This document shows, one piece after another, positions 1 to 9,643 of a DNA stretch of 64,000 nucleotides. Position 1 is the first letter of the stretch. Every line of letters starts with the position of its first letter. Made by a program: the position numbers and the translations under genes. Source of the stretch: Methanomassiliicoccaceae archaeon (GTDB lineage Archaea > Thermoplasmatota > Thermoplasmata > Methanomassiliicoccales > Methanomassiliicoccaceae); assembly GCA_040776945.1 (NCBI GenBank), contig JAXGZN010000001.1, forward strand, positions 224,001-288,000, in the 5' to 3' direction. The notes under the pieces were generated by a model. It ran no database searches. It was not told the origin of the DNA and saw only the letters and a program-made list of their open reading frames with translations.

Positions 1-890
1 ACCAATCTGCCGGTTCGGGTGTCCAGAGTAGAGCCGACGATCAGACCGAGCACACCGCCGACATAGGGGATCGACGCGGCCCAGATCAGGTCCTGGTCAG
101 TAAAGCCCTTCGCCATTATCAGGTAGGTAGGCAGCCACAGCGAAAGGCCCCACCAGGTCAGATTGGTCGTTATATCGGAAAGGACCAATATGTGGATGCC
201 CTTGAGCTTGATCGTCTTCTTGACGCTATCGATCGATCGTCTCATCTGGCCTCGGAGATCGACGCTCTTGCGGGGGTAATTTCCCGTTGGAGTGTCCGCC
301 AGCTTGAAGTACAATATCACCACCAGGATGAACCCTGCGATCCCCACCGAATAGAATGCGAACGTCCAGTTGGTTACGAGGATGAGCGGGACGATCAGGA
401 GCGCGGCGAGCAGATTGGATATATACAGTGCGCTGAAGTACGCCGAGTTCACTCTTGCCCTGATCGACGGCCTGAACCATTCCTGGGTGATCTTGCTGTC
501 GCTCGGAAATAGAGGCCCTTCCGCCAACCCTAGTATCAATCTGAACAGAATGAACAGGCCGAGGATGAGACCGACGACCCCCGTGAAGAACGTGATCAAG
601 GACCAGATCGACATTATGCCTATGAGCGCCCTCCGTGGCCCGACGCGATCGATCATCGGCGCCAGGAAGATGTTCGAGAAACCGTAGCCGACGAGGAACA
701 TGCCGAGAAGTATCCCGCCGTACAGCCCGTTCTCGTAGCTGTTCCAGCCGTACGCATCGCTTATGAACGGCAGCGCTACCGAGATGTTCACTCGGGTCAG
801 ATAGCCGACCAGGGTGCTCAGGAACAACAGTACGGCAATGGTCAGGCCTCTGCCCTTGATCTTGCTGAGCTGTGTCCCTTGGTCGTTCAT
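1..890 (-). CDS. MFS transporter (ACS-like), runs off the left edge
   Basis: Hand translation from ATG at 890: MNDQGTQLSKIKGRGLTIAVLLFLSTLVGYLTRVNISVALPFI...MIDRVGPRR...RLILGLAEGPLFP; MFS motif A and multiple TM segments; absent from ORF track because no stop lies in the window. Confidence 0.85.
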   Translation of the reverse strand, partial: MNDQGTQLSKIKGRGLTIAVLLFLSTLVGYLTRVNISVALPFISDAYGWNSYENGLYGGILLGMFLVGYGFSNIFLAPMIDRVGPRRALIGIMSIWSLITFFTGVVGLILGLFILFRLILGLAEGPLFPSDSKITQEWFRPSIRARVNSAYFSALYISNLLAALLIVPLILVTNWTFAFYSVGIAGFILVVILYFKLADTPTGNYPRKSVDLRGQMRRSIDSVKKTIKLKGIHILVLSDITTNLTWWGLSLWLPTYLIMAKGFTDQDLIWAASIPYVGGVLGLIVGSTLDTRTGRL

Positions 891-1093
891 TCGGTAGTAC
901 CAACTCCAACCGATGGTTGAAATGCTTTTCGCGCCGCTAGCGGCTCTTCCGCTACCTCGGCCTCGCTGACCTGGAAAAGATCGAGCGCTTCTCCCGCGCT
1001 GTCACTGGCCGCCATGCTCGCTTGCTGCTCCCCGAACGGAGAGGCGGTGAAAGCAGGGTCTTGAATTATCAGGCCGGTCGCCGTGGCCGCCGC

Positions 1094-1432
1094 TCAGCTT
1101 CCGTCTGCCATCTCCCGGCAGACGCTCAAGCAGTCCCGGCGGACCTGGGCGCATGCCTTCATGGCCTGATCGTCGAAAGCGTCGCAGCTCTCGGCGCAGT
1201 TGTCGCAGACGTCCGCGCTCATCCTGCACGCTTGGTTCACGAGCTTGGAGCTGCGGAGCATGAGGTTCTCGCTCTGCTCGCATATGTCCGCGCGATCGCG
1301 CATAAGGCGGACATGCAATATCTCTGCGTGCTTGCCGCACATGTTCAGACAGTGGATCGTCGTCTCGGTGCATACGACACGGCACTCCTTGCAGGCGCCT
1401 ATGCAGCGGTTCACCACGTCGCTCCTTTCCAA
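1094..1432 (-). CDS. Four-helix-bundle Cys-rich copper storage protein (Csp/DUF326-like)
   Basis: Repeated CxxxC/CxxC pattern (CIGACKECRVVC...CDNCAESCDAF...MKACAQV); TTG start at 1432 is inferred. Confidence 0.8.
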   Translation of the reverse strand: MERSDVVNRCIGACKECRVVCTETTIHCLNMCGKHAEILHVRLMRDRADICEQSENLMLRSSKLVNQACRMSADVCDNCAESCDAFDDQAMKACAQVRRDCLSVCREMADGS

Positions 1433-1929
1433 TATCACGGCCCTTGGCATAAAGCTGAAAAGCGCTTCGTCGCCCAAGGTCAAAGATGATAGTTACCCGT
1501 TGTGTCGACCCCATCCAGTTGGCCGCCTTCACTGAGGAGCACGAGAATGCTCGAGACTAATGGCGTCTCTTGCCATATTCGATAACTTGCTCACGAGCAA
1601 CCAGGCGAGCGGGCGGTAGCTCCGAGGCTCGGGTCGTAAGAACATAGGGCCTACGTGAGGCCGACCATTTCTCACGCCTGGTCCTATCATCAGATGTTCG
1701 TTCTGTGTTGAGTTTCTCCACATGAAGAAAAGGGGTAACTATCAGGGACCTAGCAAAGCTCGGAGCTAATGCGATGAAGCAGTATGCTCGAAGACTAGCA
1801 TGCCCGGCGGCAGTTCCTCGATCGGATCGATGATGGGGCGCCACATTGAGAGCCATGTTAGAGTGGAGGAGCTAAGGCGCCAGAATATGCTTGAAGAGGG
1901 CGGGGAACCAAGGTCCAATTGGAGACGCC

Positions 1930-2780
1930 TTAAAATCATCTTGACGCCTGCACGCTCGATCTAGAGGCGATGCGAAAGCGAACTCGTTCGCTTTCTAGCA
2001 GCGTCGCTGCCGCACCGGACGACCGCCGACGGACGAGAGAGCGCTTCTCGTGGCGTCCCTGCTCCGGGAGCTTCTCGATCTGACGTTCCGCGAGACGGGG
2101 GGGCTTCCTGGCGGGGTTTAGCTCGTACTACTCGTTGGAGCGTGTTCCGGACCACTCCACGCTCTCTCGCAAGCTGTCGTCGAAGCGCTGGACGACGGTG
2201 TTAGAGCGGTTCATCCAGCATCTTGCCGACGAAACGCTGGAAGGCAAGGCGATGACCGCCGCCGATGCGAGCGGATAAAGTGGACGCAAGCGCGGATGGA
2301 GGAAAACGAAGCACGCTTGGCGGGCGAGGAGGGACTGGGTCAAGGTGCACGCGATGGTGGAAGTCGATGAGTTCCTCGTTCTTTCGTACTCACTTACGAG
2401 ATCGAAAGTGCACGACAGCCGCGAGTTCGCGAACGTCTGGAACAAGTTGCCGTCGAACGTTTCACCGACGCATTAGCTGGCCGTAACTGCCGCATGCCAT
2501 CAAGAAGAACTCTCGTCTCTTCGCGAAACCGTGTAGCTTCCATCAAAAATTGGTAATTTTCGCTCGACACTGGCCTAACCGGTTCAAGTCGCTGTACGCC
2601 AAGCGCGCGCACGCCGAGACGGCGTTCTCGATGACCTTCGAGCTATTCGAGCACCGATTGAAATGTCGAGCGAATAATAGTAAGAAAAACGAGGTTCAGG
2701 TGAAGCTCGCTCTGTTCGACCTGATCCAGCTGGTTATGAGGCCAGAGTTCTGATCGCGAGGGATATACAACAAGGCCGAT
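1930..2780 (+). mobile_element. Degraded IS5-family (DDE) transposase pseudogene
   Basis: Fragments HSTLSRKL, AADASG*, WVKVHAMVEVDEFLVLSYSLTRSKVHDSREF, LYAKRAHAETAFS...LKCR; stop and frameshifts; boundaries approximate, TIRs not identified. Confidence 0.75.
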
Positions 2781-2850
2781 AGTATTAATTTCTAGAGTAT
2801 GATAATGCTCGAACAGGAAGGAGAGGAACGAGAAGCGGGTCTTGATGGTA

Positions 2851-2959
2851 TGTGATCACCAATATCGAGAGCAAGGACCACGCATACCTCTTGATGAACA
2901 GAGAGATGGAAAAGGCGAAGGCCTGGGGAAAGGGGCTGGCCAAGGCCTTGGAGAAGTAG
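2851..2959 (+). pseudogene. Possible C-terminal remnant of a flavodoxin-like gene
   Basis: VITNIESKDHAYLLMNREMEKAKAWGKGLAKALEK* resembles the flavodoxin C-terminal helix; directly after the IS remnant. Confidence 0.3.
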
Positions 2960-3066
2960 GTTAACGCGGTGGCCCTGGAGTCACCCATAAAACGGACCTT
3001 ACGAAGAATTAACAGCCGAAGGAGCTTGAGATCTTGAAAACTAAAGCTAAGGCGGGGCGGGGGAAA

Positions 3067-3825
3067 ATGAGAAGGGATTCGTTCATCATCGTGGGTTTGT
3101 TAGCGGCAGCGATCGGTCTTTTATCCTTGATCCCAACGGCGATGGGCGAGTCGTCGACGGTTGTCTGGAGGGAGGATTTTGACCATGGGTCCCTAAGTGA
3201 GATGACCTCTGCGGGATGGACCATAGGCAATGCGGCCGAGACCTCACTGGGCGGAGGGCAGGTCTCACTTGGTTCATCTACATCGAATGGCGCAAGCATC
3301 GTTTTCGATGGGTTGCCCGATGGGATCGTAGACTGGACCGTGGAAGCCAACTGCAGTTGGATCGGCGGCTCGGTTGGAAGTCTAATGGTGAGTGTCGGGA
3401 CCACTACCCATTCCTACGCATGGTGGGGGGATGGCTATTACGGCGAGTTCGTTTTCTCGCGTGACGGCGTCAAAGTGATGAAGTTTTCAGGATACGCTCC
3501 TCAAATGAACACTGGGTGCGTACTAAAAATGGACAAGGTGGGCAACAATTTTAATCTGTTTTTCAACGGGGAGCTGAAAAGAACTTTCACCGAGACGGGG
3601 GAAACGGGCGTGGCAACATCCGTTTCCACGATAGGTCCATGGCACGGCCAGTCCAGCTATGATTGGATCGAGCTGCGCATCCCTAACGCCGTGAGCAGTA
3701 CTCCTGCCCCTGGGTTCTTCGATCTGTCCAACCCATGGTTCGTGGGCGGGATCGTGGTCATCATTGGCGGCCTGGCTGGAGCTGGCCTAATTCTCTACCG
3801 TCGGCAGCGTCGGCGGGATGATTGA
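3067..3825 (+). CDS. Exported, C-terminally membrane-anchored beta-rich (ConA/LamG-like) protein
   Basis: N-terminal signal peptide, WREDFD start of beta-domain, FNLFFNGELK motif, C-terminal TM followed by RRQRRR. Confidence 0.7.
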   Translation: MRRDSFIIVGLLAAAIGLLSLIPTAMGESSTVVWREDFDHGSLSEMTSAGWTIGNAAETSLGGGQVSLGSSTSNGASIVFDGLPDGIVDWTVEANCSWIGGSVGSLMVSVGTTTHSYAWWGDGYYGEFVFSRDGVKVMKFSGYAPQMNTGCVLKMDKVGNNFNLFFNGELKRTFTETGETGVATSVSTIGPWHGQSSYDWIELRIPNAVSSTPAPGFFDLSNPWFVGGIVVIIGGLAGAGLILYRRQRRRDD

Positions 3826-3886
3826 AGCAGGAGGGACTGGCAGCGGCACGGGAATCTCAGAAGCAGGCGGGACATGAGGTGGCACC

Positions 3887-4546
3887 ATGGTCCGTCCGGA
3901 GGGCCAAGGCACGACAGGAAGCGGGAGCAACTCTGAACTGAGCATCGAATCAGAGCACGCCAAGATGCTGACGGACCAGCATATCTCGCGGGCCCTCCTC
4001 TCGCTTCTTCAGGGCCATACCAGCACCCTTCAAGCCCAGGAACAGGCCCTCGGTCAGAGCCAACAGGCCATGCAGCATATGCGCCAGGCTGTCGCCGACC
4101 TGAGCTCACGGATCGACCATGCCAACCAGCAGATCGCTGACCTGACCTAAGGATTGATCAGACCTATGTAAACACAAATGGCCGAGGCTCAGGGGCAGTC
4201 CTTGCCTAACCCGTCGAACACCGACCCTGGAAGCTTGGGCGTCTTCTCAAATCCGACCACGCCTGCAGGGAACGCCCTTATCGCCTCGGCTAACGACATG
4301 AAAGCTCAGGCGGCACAGATGGAGGCGCGGAGGGCGCGGCTGGAATCACAGAAGGTAGAATTGCAGGCGATGCTCTAGAAGAACAAGGTCCAGCAGGTGA
4401 CGCAACAGCAGCAGATGCAGGCCAACGAGTTGCAAGTACAACGGACCCAATGGCAGATGCAGCAGACCCGGCGGCAGCTTCAGCAACTTCAAATGGAGAA
4501 CCAGAATGCCGGTTCTGCCGGTCCCCATTCAGAGAACGTAGTTTAA
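3887..4546 (+). pseudogene. Gln-rich coiled-coil protein interrupted by three in-frame stops
   Basis: ORFs 3887-4150 and 4178-4378 and a Q-rich continuation to TAA 4544-4546 share one frame; internal TAA 4148, TAA 4169, TAG 4376. Confidence 0.6.
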
Positions 4547-4799
4547 AGAGGTTTGTGATTGGTCTTGTACGCCATCACCTTCCTCCATTCCTTGTTGCAA
4601 CAGGGGCTCTGTCCCTCGATCCCCTCATAGTCGGGTCCAACCTGCCAAGGAAAGCGCGGGTAATCCCTCCTTCGGACTAATGGATGGGGAGAAGGTTGGC
4701 TTTGTTCTCTCGATCTACTCTAGAGACCACTCTTCGATCCATGCAAGGTGGAAGAATGGTTTTCATCATCTTCGAGAACACATCATAAGAATATTGTAG

Positions 4800-4872
4800 T
4801 GCTCCCGTCGGGATTTGAACCCGAGTCGAAGCCTCGAGAGGGCTTCATGATTGGCCACTACACTACGGGAGC
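4800..4872 (-). tRNA. tRNA-Glu(CTC)
   Basis: GCTCCCGTAGTGTAGTGGCCAATCATGAAGCC-CT-CTC-GA-GGCTTCGACTCGGGTTCAAATCCCGACGGGAGCA cloverleaf. Confidence 0.97.
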
Positions 4873-4914
4873 GTACTTCTTGGCAAATATGGATGTCTTT
4901 TATAAACCTTTCCA

Positions 4915-5463
4915 TTGACCGATGTTCTCGATCTTTTCGCCTCTCCTAGAAAGAGGGATATCGGTGGACCGATTGGCAGATGGTCGATGTGGAGGTCGTT
5001 CCCCTACTCCCGGCGATCGTTGGCGCAGAACGCGATCTACATCGGTGCCATCATCCCCGTCACCCTGGCCCTATTCATCATGATCGAGGCGGACCTTCCC
5101 TATCTCCTGCTCATCATCCTGCTGGAGGCCGTCATGTTCACGGTGATGGGCATATCCCCGCTGCTCACAGCGCATGAGCTCGTCGACGGCGTCCTGGTCC
5201 TCCGCCAGGGATGGTACTTCCGTGCCCGGGTGCCTTTGGACGAGATCATATCGGTAAAACGCCTAAACAGAGGCCCGAAGCGCACCGGCGTGTTCTTCCG
5301 CCTCACCGGCTCCACGCTGCACGTCACAACCAGGCGCGATGATCTGATCGAGATCGAGCTTGCCGGAAAGCGCTCGTTCGGGTGGGCGCTGGGCAAGAGG
5401 GCGGACCGCATCATCTTTGACGCGGAGGACAGCGGCGCCTTGCTAGCCGCTCTGAAAAGGTGA
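4915..5463 (+). CDS. Membrane protein with two TM helices and a bacterial PH-like domain (start uncertain)
   Basis: Two hydrophobic helices followed by LVLRQG...RVPLDEIISV. Confidence 0.6.
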   Translation: MTDVLDLFASPRKRDIGGPIGRWSMWRSFPYSRRSLAQNAIYIGAIIPVTLALFIMIEADLPYLLLIILLEAVMFTVMGISPLLTAHELVDGVLVLRQGWYFRARVPLDEIISVKRLNRGPKRTGVFFRLTGSTLHVTTRRDDLIEIELAGKRSFGWALGKRADRIIFDAEDSGALLAALKR

Positions 5464-5464
5464 G

Positions 5465-6265
5465 CTATTCCCGCCAATCCAAACCGAGCGTTCTCAGTCC
5501 GAGCTTGGGGATGAGCGGCGTCTTCCGCTTGTGTGCGGTGCGGAGATGCATCGACCGGACCTTGCGCACCTGGGCCAGGGATATGGAGGTCTCGGCCGCC
5601 ACCGCCTCATCGCTGAGGGAGCGCTCGAAGCCGAACAGCACCTGGTCCAGCTCATCGTAGGTTATGCCCATCTCCCCCTCGTCGGTCTGTCCCGGCCACA
5701 GCCCGGCCGACGGCGCCTTCTCGATCATCGCCTCCGGAACACCAATCTCCCTGGCCAGCTGCCTGACCTCCGTTTTATAGAGATCGCCAATGGGAAAGAA
5801 ATCCGCGCCCCCGTCCCCGAACTTGGTGAAGTAGCCGGTCAGTAGCTCGCTCTTGTTGCTGGTGCCCATGACCGCCCTCCCCATAAGCCAGGCGTGATGG
5901 AACAGGACGATCATGCGGCACCGGGCGGCCACGTTGCCAACGCATTCCTTCCTATCCGGCTGGGGCAACATGGAACGGAAGGCCTCGACCGCCGGGGCGA
6001 TCTCCACCACCGATAGTGGTATGCCGAGCTCATTGGAGAACTCCTCGGCATCCCGCCGGTCCTCCTCGGACGTGGTGGAGGCGGGCATGAATATGTTGAG
6101 CACCTTCTCCGGCCCCAGGGCATCGGCGCACAGCTTGGACACCGTCACCGAGTCCAAACCTCCGCTGAGGCCGACGACCACGCCGTTCCCGCCACATTCT
6201 TCGACCTTCTGGCGGATGAAGGCCTCGATGGCCGGACGGGCATACTCCTTCAGCTTCGGCCTCAT
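5465..6265 (-). CDS. nadE: NH3-dependent NAD+ synthetase
   Basis: VVGLSGGLDS, GNVAARCRM, GTSNKSE, GYFTKFGDG, KAPSAGLW-GQTDE motifs. Confidence 0.95.
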   Translation of the reverse strand: MRPKLKEYARPAIEAFIRQKVEECGGNGVVVGLSGGLDSVTVSKLCADALGPEKVLNIFMPASTTSEEDRRDAEEFSNELGIPLSVVEIAPAVEAFRSMLPQPDRKECVGNVAARCRMIVLFHHAWLMGRAVMGTSNKSELLTGYFTKFGDGGADFFPIGDLYKTEVRQLAREIGVPEAMIEKAPSAGLWPGQTDEGEMGITYDELDQVLFGFERSLSDEAVAAETSISLAQVRKVRSMHLRTAHKRKTPLIPKLGLRTLGLDWRE

Positions 6266-6323
6266 ATGGGGCAGGGAAGAAGGTACGCTCTTTTATCTCT
6301 TGCCTTGCCATCATGCTCCCATC

Positions 6324-7103
6324 ATGTTGCGCATCGCCCTTGCCCAGGTTCCGTGTGCCCTCGGCGATAAGAAGAAGAACGTCTCCCGCATGAGCGAGGT
6401 GGTCAGAAGCGGGGATGCCGACCTGTACGTTTTCCCTGAACTGTACCTAACTGGTTACATGGTCCGCGACGACGTCTTCCGCCTGGCCGAGGGAACGGAC
6501 GGGGCGAGCGTGAGGGCCGTGGAGAGACTGTGCGACGAGCATGGCGCGCACGTCCTCTTCGGCATGCCCGCCTGGGACGAGCAGGTGCCGGGGGTCCTTC
6601 GCAACAGCGCTGTCCTGGTGTCCCCGGACGAGGTCGTCCAGCGGTATGACAAGGTCAACCCGGCGAGCTTCGGGCCGTTCGAGGAGTCCCTGTACTTCGG
6701 CGCAGGAACGACCGGCGCGCTCATGGACATCGAGGGCCGGAAGGTAGGGGCGGTCATATGCTACGATCTCTTCTTCCCCGAGCTCTCGAGATCGTATGCT
6801 CTAGCCGGCGCCGAGGCCATCATCTGCATCTCCGCCTCGCCCGTGACCTCGCGCGAGTACTTCGAGAAGCTCATCCCGGCGAGGGCCATCGAGAACACGG
6901 CGTACATGGTCTACGTGAACCAAGTCGGGACCCAGCTGAACCAGGTGTACTTCGGCGGCGGGGAGGCGTGCGGCCCCCTGGGGGGAAGGCTGGTCAAGAA
7001 CAAGTACTTCGAGCGGGACATGGGGACGTTCGAGATGTCCGTCGATGAGATCAGGGCTGCCAGGCGGGGGCGTCCCACGCTGCGGGACGCGCTCTCCCGC
7101 TGA
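6324..7103 (+). CDS. Carbon-nitrogen hydrolase (nitrilase family)
   Basis: MLRIALAQ start; E-K-C triad in FPELYLTGY / YDKV / ICYDLFFPE. Confidence 0.92.
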   Translation: MLRIALAQVPCALGDKKKNVSRMSEVVRSGDADLYVFPELYLTGYMVRDDVFRLAEGTDGASVRAVERLCDEHGAHVLFGMPAWDEQVPGVLRNSAVLVSPDEVVQRYDKVNPASFGPFEESLYFGAGTTGALMDIEGRKVGAVICYDLFFPELSRSYALAGAEAIICISASPVTSREYFEKLIPARAIENTAYMVYVNQVGTQLNQVYFGGGEACGPLGGRLVKNKYFERDMGTFEMSVDEIRAARRGRPTLRDALSR

Positions 7104-7111
7104 GCGCGGCC

Positions 7112-7315
7112 TCAGCTGTCGTCGATGATCCGGCACGGACATGTCATGTCCGCACAGGGGAGGGCGTGCGAGCCCTTTTCCGTGTCCCTCTTCCTCCCCG
7201 GCCGCTTCCCCTCGGCCCTCTCCGGAAGCCTGTCGATCGGCCGAGCCAGCTCCTTTTTGAGCTCCTCCATCGCGTCCTCGTCTTTTCTGATGATCGCCAT
7301 CACGCTCACGATCAT
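7112..7315 (-). CDS. Small hypothetical protein
   Basis: 67-aa ORF, charged helix and C-terminal CxxxxCxC; no family recognised. Confidence 0.3.
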   Translation of the reverse strand: MIVSVMAIIRKDEDAMEELKKELARPIDRLPERAEGKRPGRKRDTEKGSHALPCADMTCPCRIIDDS

Positions 7316-7701
7316 TTATTCCCATCCTCGTTCAGCTCACTTCTCCCGGGAGGTGGACGAAAACCGCATTTACGAGCCAAAGGGTGGCCTGATCGTGCAG
7401 TGCTGAAAATGGGCCTTTCGATAGAACGAGAGGATCTCAGGTCTTGGTTGTTGCCCACGGGCTTGAACGCGACGTCGTTCGTCGGATGAGCGATAGAGTG
7501 AACGAGCTTCCTGCATCGATGGTGGCGCGGTCCTGACGAACTCGCACCGCCTATTCTTGCGGCAACACGCAAAGAGATCGCTGAACGCTTTCGAAAGACG
7601 CTCCGCCTGGCTCAGGAGCACCATATGTGGGACCGAACTGAGGTGAAAGGCCGATCGTCGCCGACCATGACGCTCATGATGAATGCCCTCCAGCGACAAT
7701 G

Positions 7702-7709
7702 TTTATAAA
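7702..7709 (+). promoter_or_regulatory. TATA box of tRNA-Ser
   Basis: TTTATAAA about 27 nt upstream of the tRNA 5' end. Confidence 0.7.
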
Positions 7710-7735
7710 CATTGATGCGGTAACCGCAAGAACGA

Positions 7736-7819
7736 GCCGAGGTGGCCCAGACCGGTAAGGCGCAAGCCTGGAAAGCTTGTGTCCGCAAGGACTCGGGAGT
7801 TCAAATCTCCCCCTCGGCG
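7736..7819 (+). tRNA. tRNA-Ser(GGA)
   Basis: GCCGAGG acceptor, CAAGC-CT-GGA-AA-GCTTG anticodon arm, long variable arm GTCC-GCAA-GGAC, GTTCAAATC T-loop. Confidence 0.97.
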
Positions 7820-8134
7820 CTTCACGCTCTTTTCATGTTCTATCTCTGCTCTATCTCAAGACTTCTCTCTTTTGAATGGACCGTAGGAACTTCGAACCTG
7901 CCTGGGCGAGCGGGGCACGGCCATTGCCCAGGGCGGCTTCCTCAACTATCGCGGTCGCATCACCGCTCCCCGAGCACGTCTCTTGATCCTGAATATGATA
8001 TCACCAATGCGGTGGCCGGAGATGCATGCATCAGGGCAAGATGGCGTCCCGCTCGAGGAGTTGCCGGCGAGCGGCCGCGACAATATCAAATATGCCGCAA
8101 GGTGTCAGGACGCGGGATACTGGAAGGTAACCTC

Positions 8135-8629
8135 ATGAAGGTGAACGTAGACCTACGGCTGAAGGACATTCCCGGGCAACTGGTAGGGGCCCTGGAACCC
8201 ATCTCCGCGAACGACGGCAACATCAGAGGAGTGGTGCACCACCATGACGACAGGGTCGGCGGGAGGATCGCGGTCAACGTCACCTTCGAGGTCCGCTCGG
8301 AGCACGCGCTGAATAAGATCCTGGAGGTGTGGCGGAAGAGAGAGGTCGATGTCGCCAAGATCGACTCGTTCTTCGAGACCTTTCCCATTCAATATCTCAT
8401 TGTGGGCAGCATACCGACCAAGGAGCTGGAGAGCATCACCAAGGCGCTGGAGTCCATGGAGAACGTGGCGTTCATCGAGGTCCGCTACACCGGCTCGGCG
8501 AACTCCTCGTCCCGCGCCGCGCTGGTGACCGGGAAGGCCTCAAAGAAGGAGACCATCGCCTCCCTCGACCAGTTCTTCAAGCAGCGCTCGGAGAAGCACG
8601 ATTACATCCTCATCAGGGGGTTGGATTAG
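8135..8629 (+). CDS. ACT-domain protein (homoserine dehydrogenase-associated regulator)
   Basis: MKVNVDLRLKDIPGQLVGALEPISANDGNI is a typical ACT start; abuts hom. Confidence 0.88.
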   Translation: MKVNVDLRLKDIPGQLVGALEPISANDGNIRGVVHHHDDRVGGRIAVNVTFEVRSEHALNKILEVWRKREVDVAKIDSFFETFPIQYLIVGSIPTKELESITKALESMENVAFIEVRYTGSANSSSRAALVTGKASKKETIASLDQFFKQRSEKHDYILIRGLD

Positions 8630-9643
8630 ATGAAGGTCGTTATCGCCGGCTTCGGAACGGTGGGACAGGGCATCGCCGAGGTCATCGGCATGCGGCAGGA
8701 GCTGTTCTCCAAGAGCTTCGGGCAGCAGGTGAAGATCGTCGGAGCGTTCGACTCCTCTACCATCGTCAAGAACGCCAGGGGGCTCGACCCCGTGGAGCTG
8801 GTGCGGCGCAAGGCGTCCACCGGCACAGTGGGCACCCGCAAGGTCGATGGCGGGGTGAAGGAGCTCATCGAGGAATATGACTTCGACACGCTTATCGAAA
8901 CTACGCCGACGAACATCCTGGACGCCGAGCCGGGCTACACGCACATAATGGCCGCGCTGGGCTCCGGAAAGAACGTGATCACCTCCAACAAGGGCCCCCT
9001 GGCGCTGAGGTTCCGGGAGCTGTCCAAGGCCGCGGCGAGGAACAAGGTCCAGCTGAGGTACGAGGCCTCGGTGGGCGGGGCCATGCCGGTGATCAATCTC
9101 TCCAGGGAGCTGCTCAGGGGCGAGGAGATCTTCTCCCTGCGGGGCATTCTCAACGGCACCTGCAACTTCATACTTAACCGGATGAAGGACGAGGGGCTTC
9201 CGTTCGAGCAGGCCTTGCGGGAGGCCCAGGAGATGGGCATCGCCGAGAGGGACCCTTCCTACGACATAGACGGAGTGGACTCTGCGTGCAAGCTTGCGAT
9301 CCTGGCCAACGCGATCTTCGGCAAGGACGTTACGTACAACGACGTCATAAGGACTGGCATCCGGAACATCACCGAGGACGCCATCGCCCTGGCCGGGGAG
9401 CAGAACAAGGTCATCCGCCTGATCGGCGAGATCAACAAGGACCGCCTGGAGGTCTCTCCTCGCATGGTGCCCAACGGCCACCCACTGGCAATAGGGGGCA
9501 CTCTGAACATCGTGCAGTTGCTGACCGACCTCGCCGGAGAGGTGACGGTGGTCGGCCGCGGCGCCGGGAGGATGGAGACCGCGAGCGCGATCCTCAGCGA
9601 CCTGCTGGCCATCCTCAGCGAGGACCGCGCCAAGGGCAGGTAA
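8630..9643 (+). CDS. hom: Homoserine dehydrogenase
   Basis: GFGTVG Rossmann motif, VITSNKGPLA, YEASVGGAMP, GILNGTCNFIL, GRGAGRMETASA. Confidence 0.96.
   Translation: MKVVIAGFGTVGQGIAEVIGMRQELFSKSFGQQVKIVGAFDSSTIVKNARGLDPVELVRRKASTGTVGTRKVDGGVKELIEEYDFDTLIETTPTNILDAEPGYTHIMAALGSGKNVITSNKGPLALRFRELSKAAARNKVQLRYEASVGGAMPVINLSRELLRGEEIFSLRGILNGTCNFILNRMKDEGLPFEQALREAQEMGIAERDPSYDIDGVDSACKLAILANAIFGKDVTYNDVIRTGIRNITEDAIALAGEQNKVIRLIGEINKDRLEVSPRMVPNGHPLAIGGTLNIVQLLTDLAGEVTVVGRGAGRMETASAILSDLLAILSEDRAKGR

Noticed and set aside
5913-6323. N-terminal extension of the nitrilase in the 396-aa ORF call
   Set aside because: It is the antisense shadow of nadE; the family-typical start is MLRIALAQ at 6324
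7742-8134. N-terminal extension of the ACT ORF (295-aa call)
   Set aside because: Overlaps tRNA-Ser; real start at 8135 behind a GAAGGT SD-like sequence
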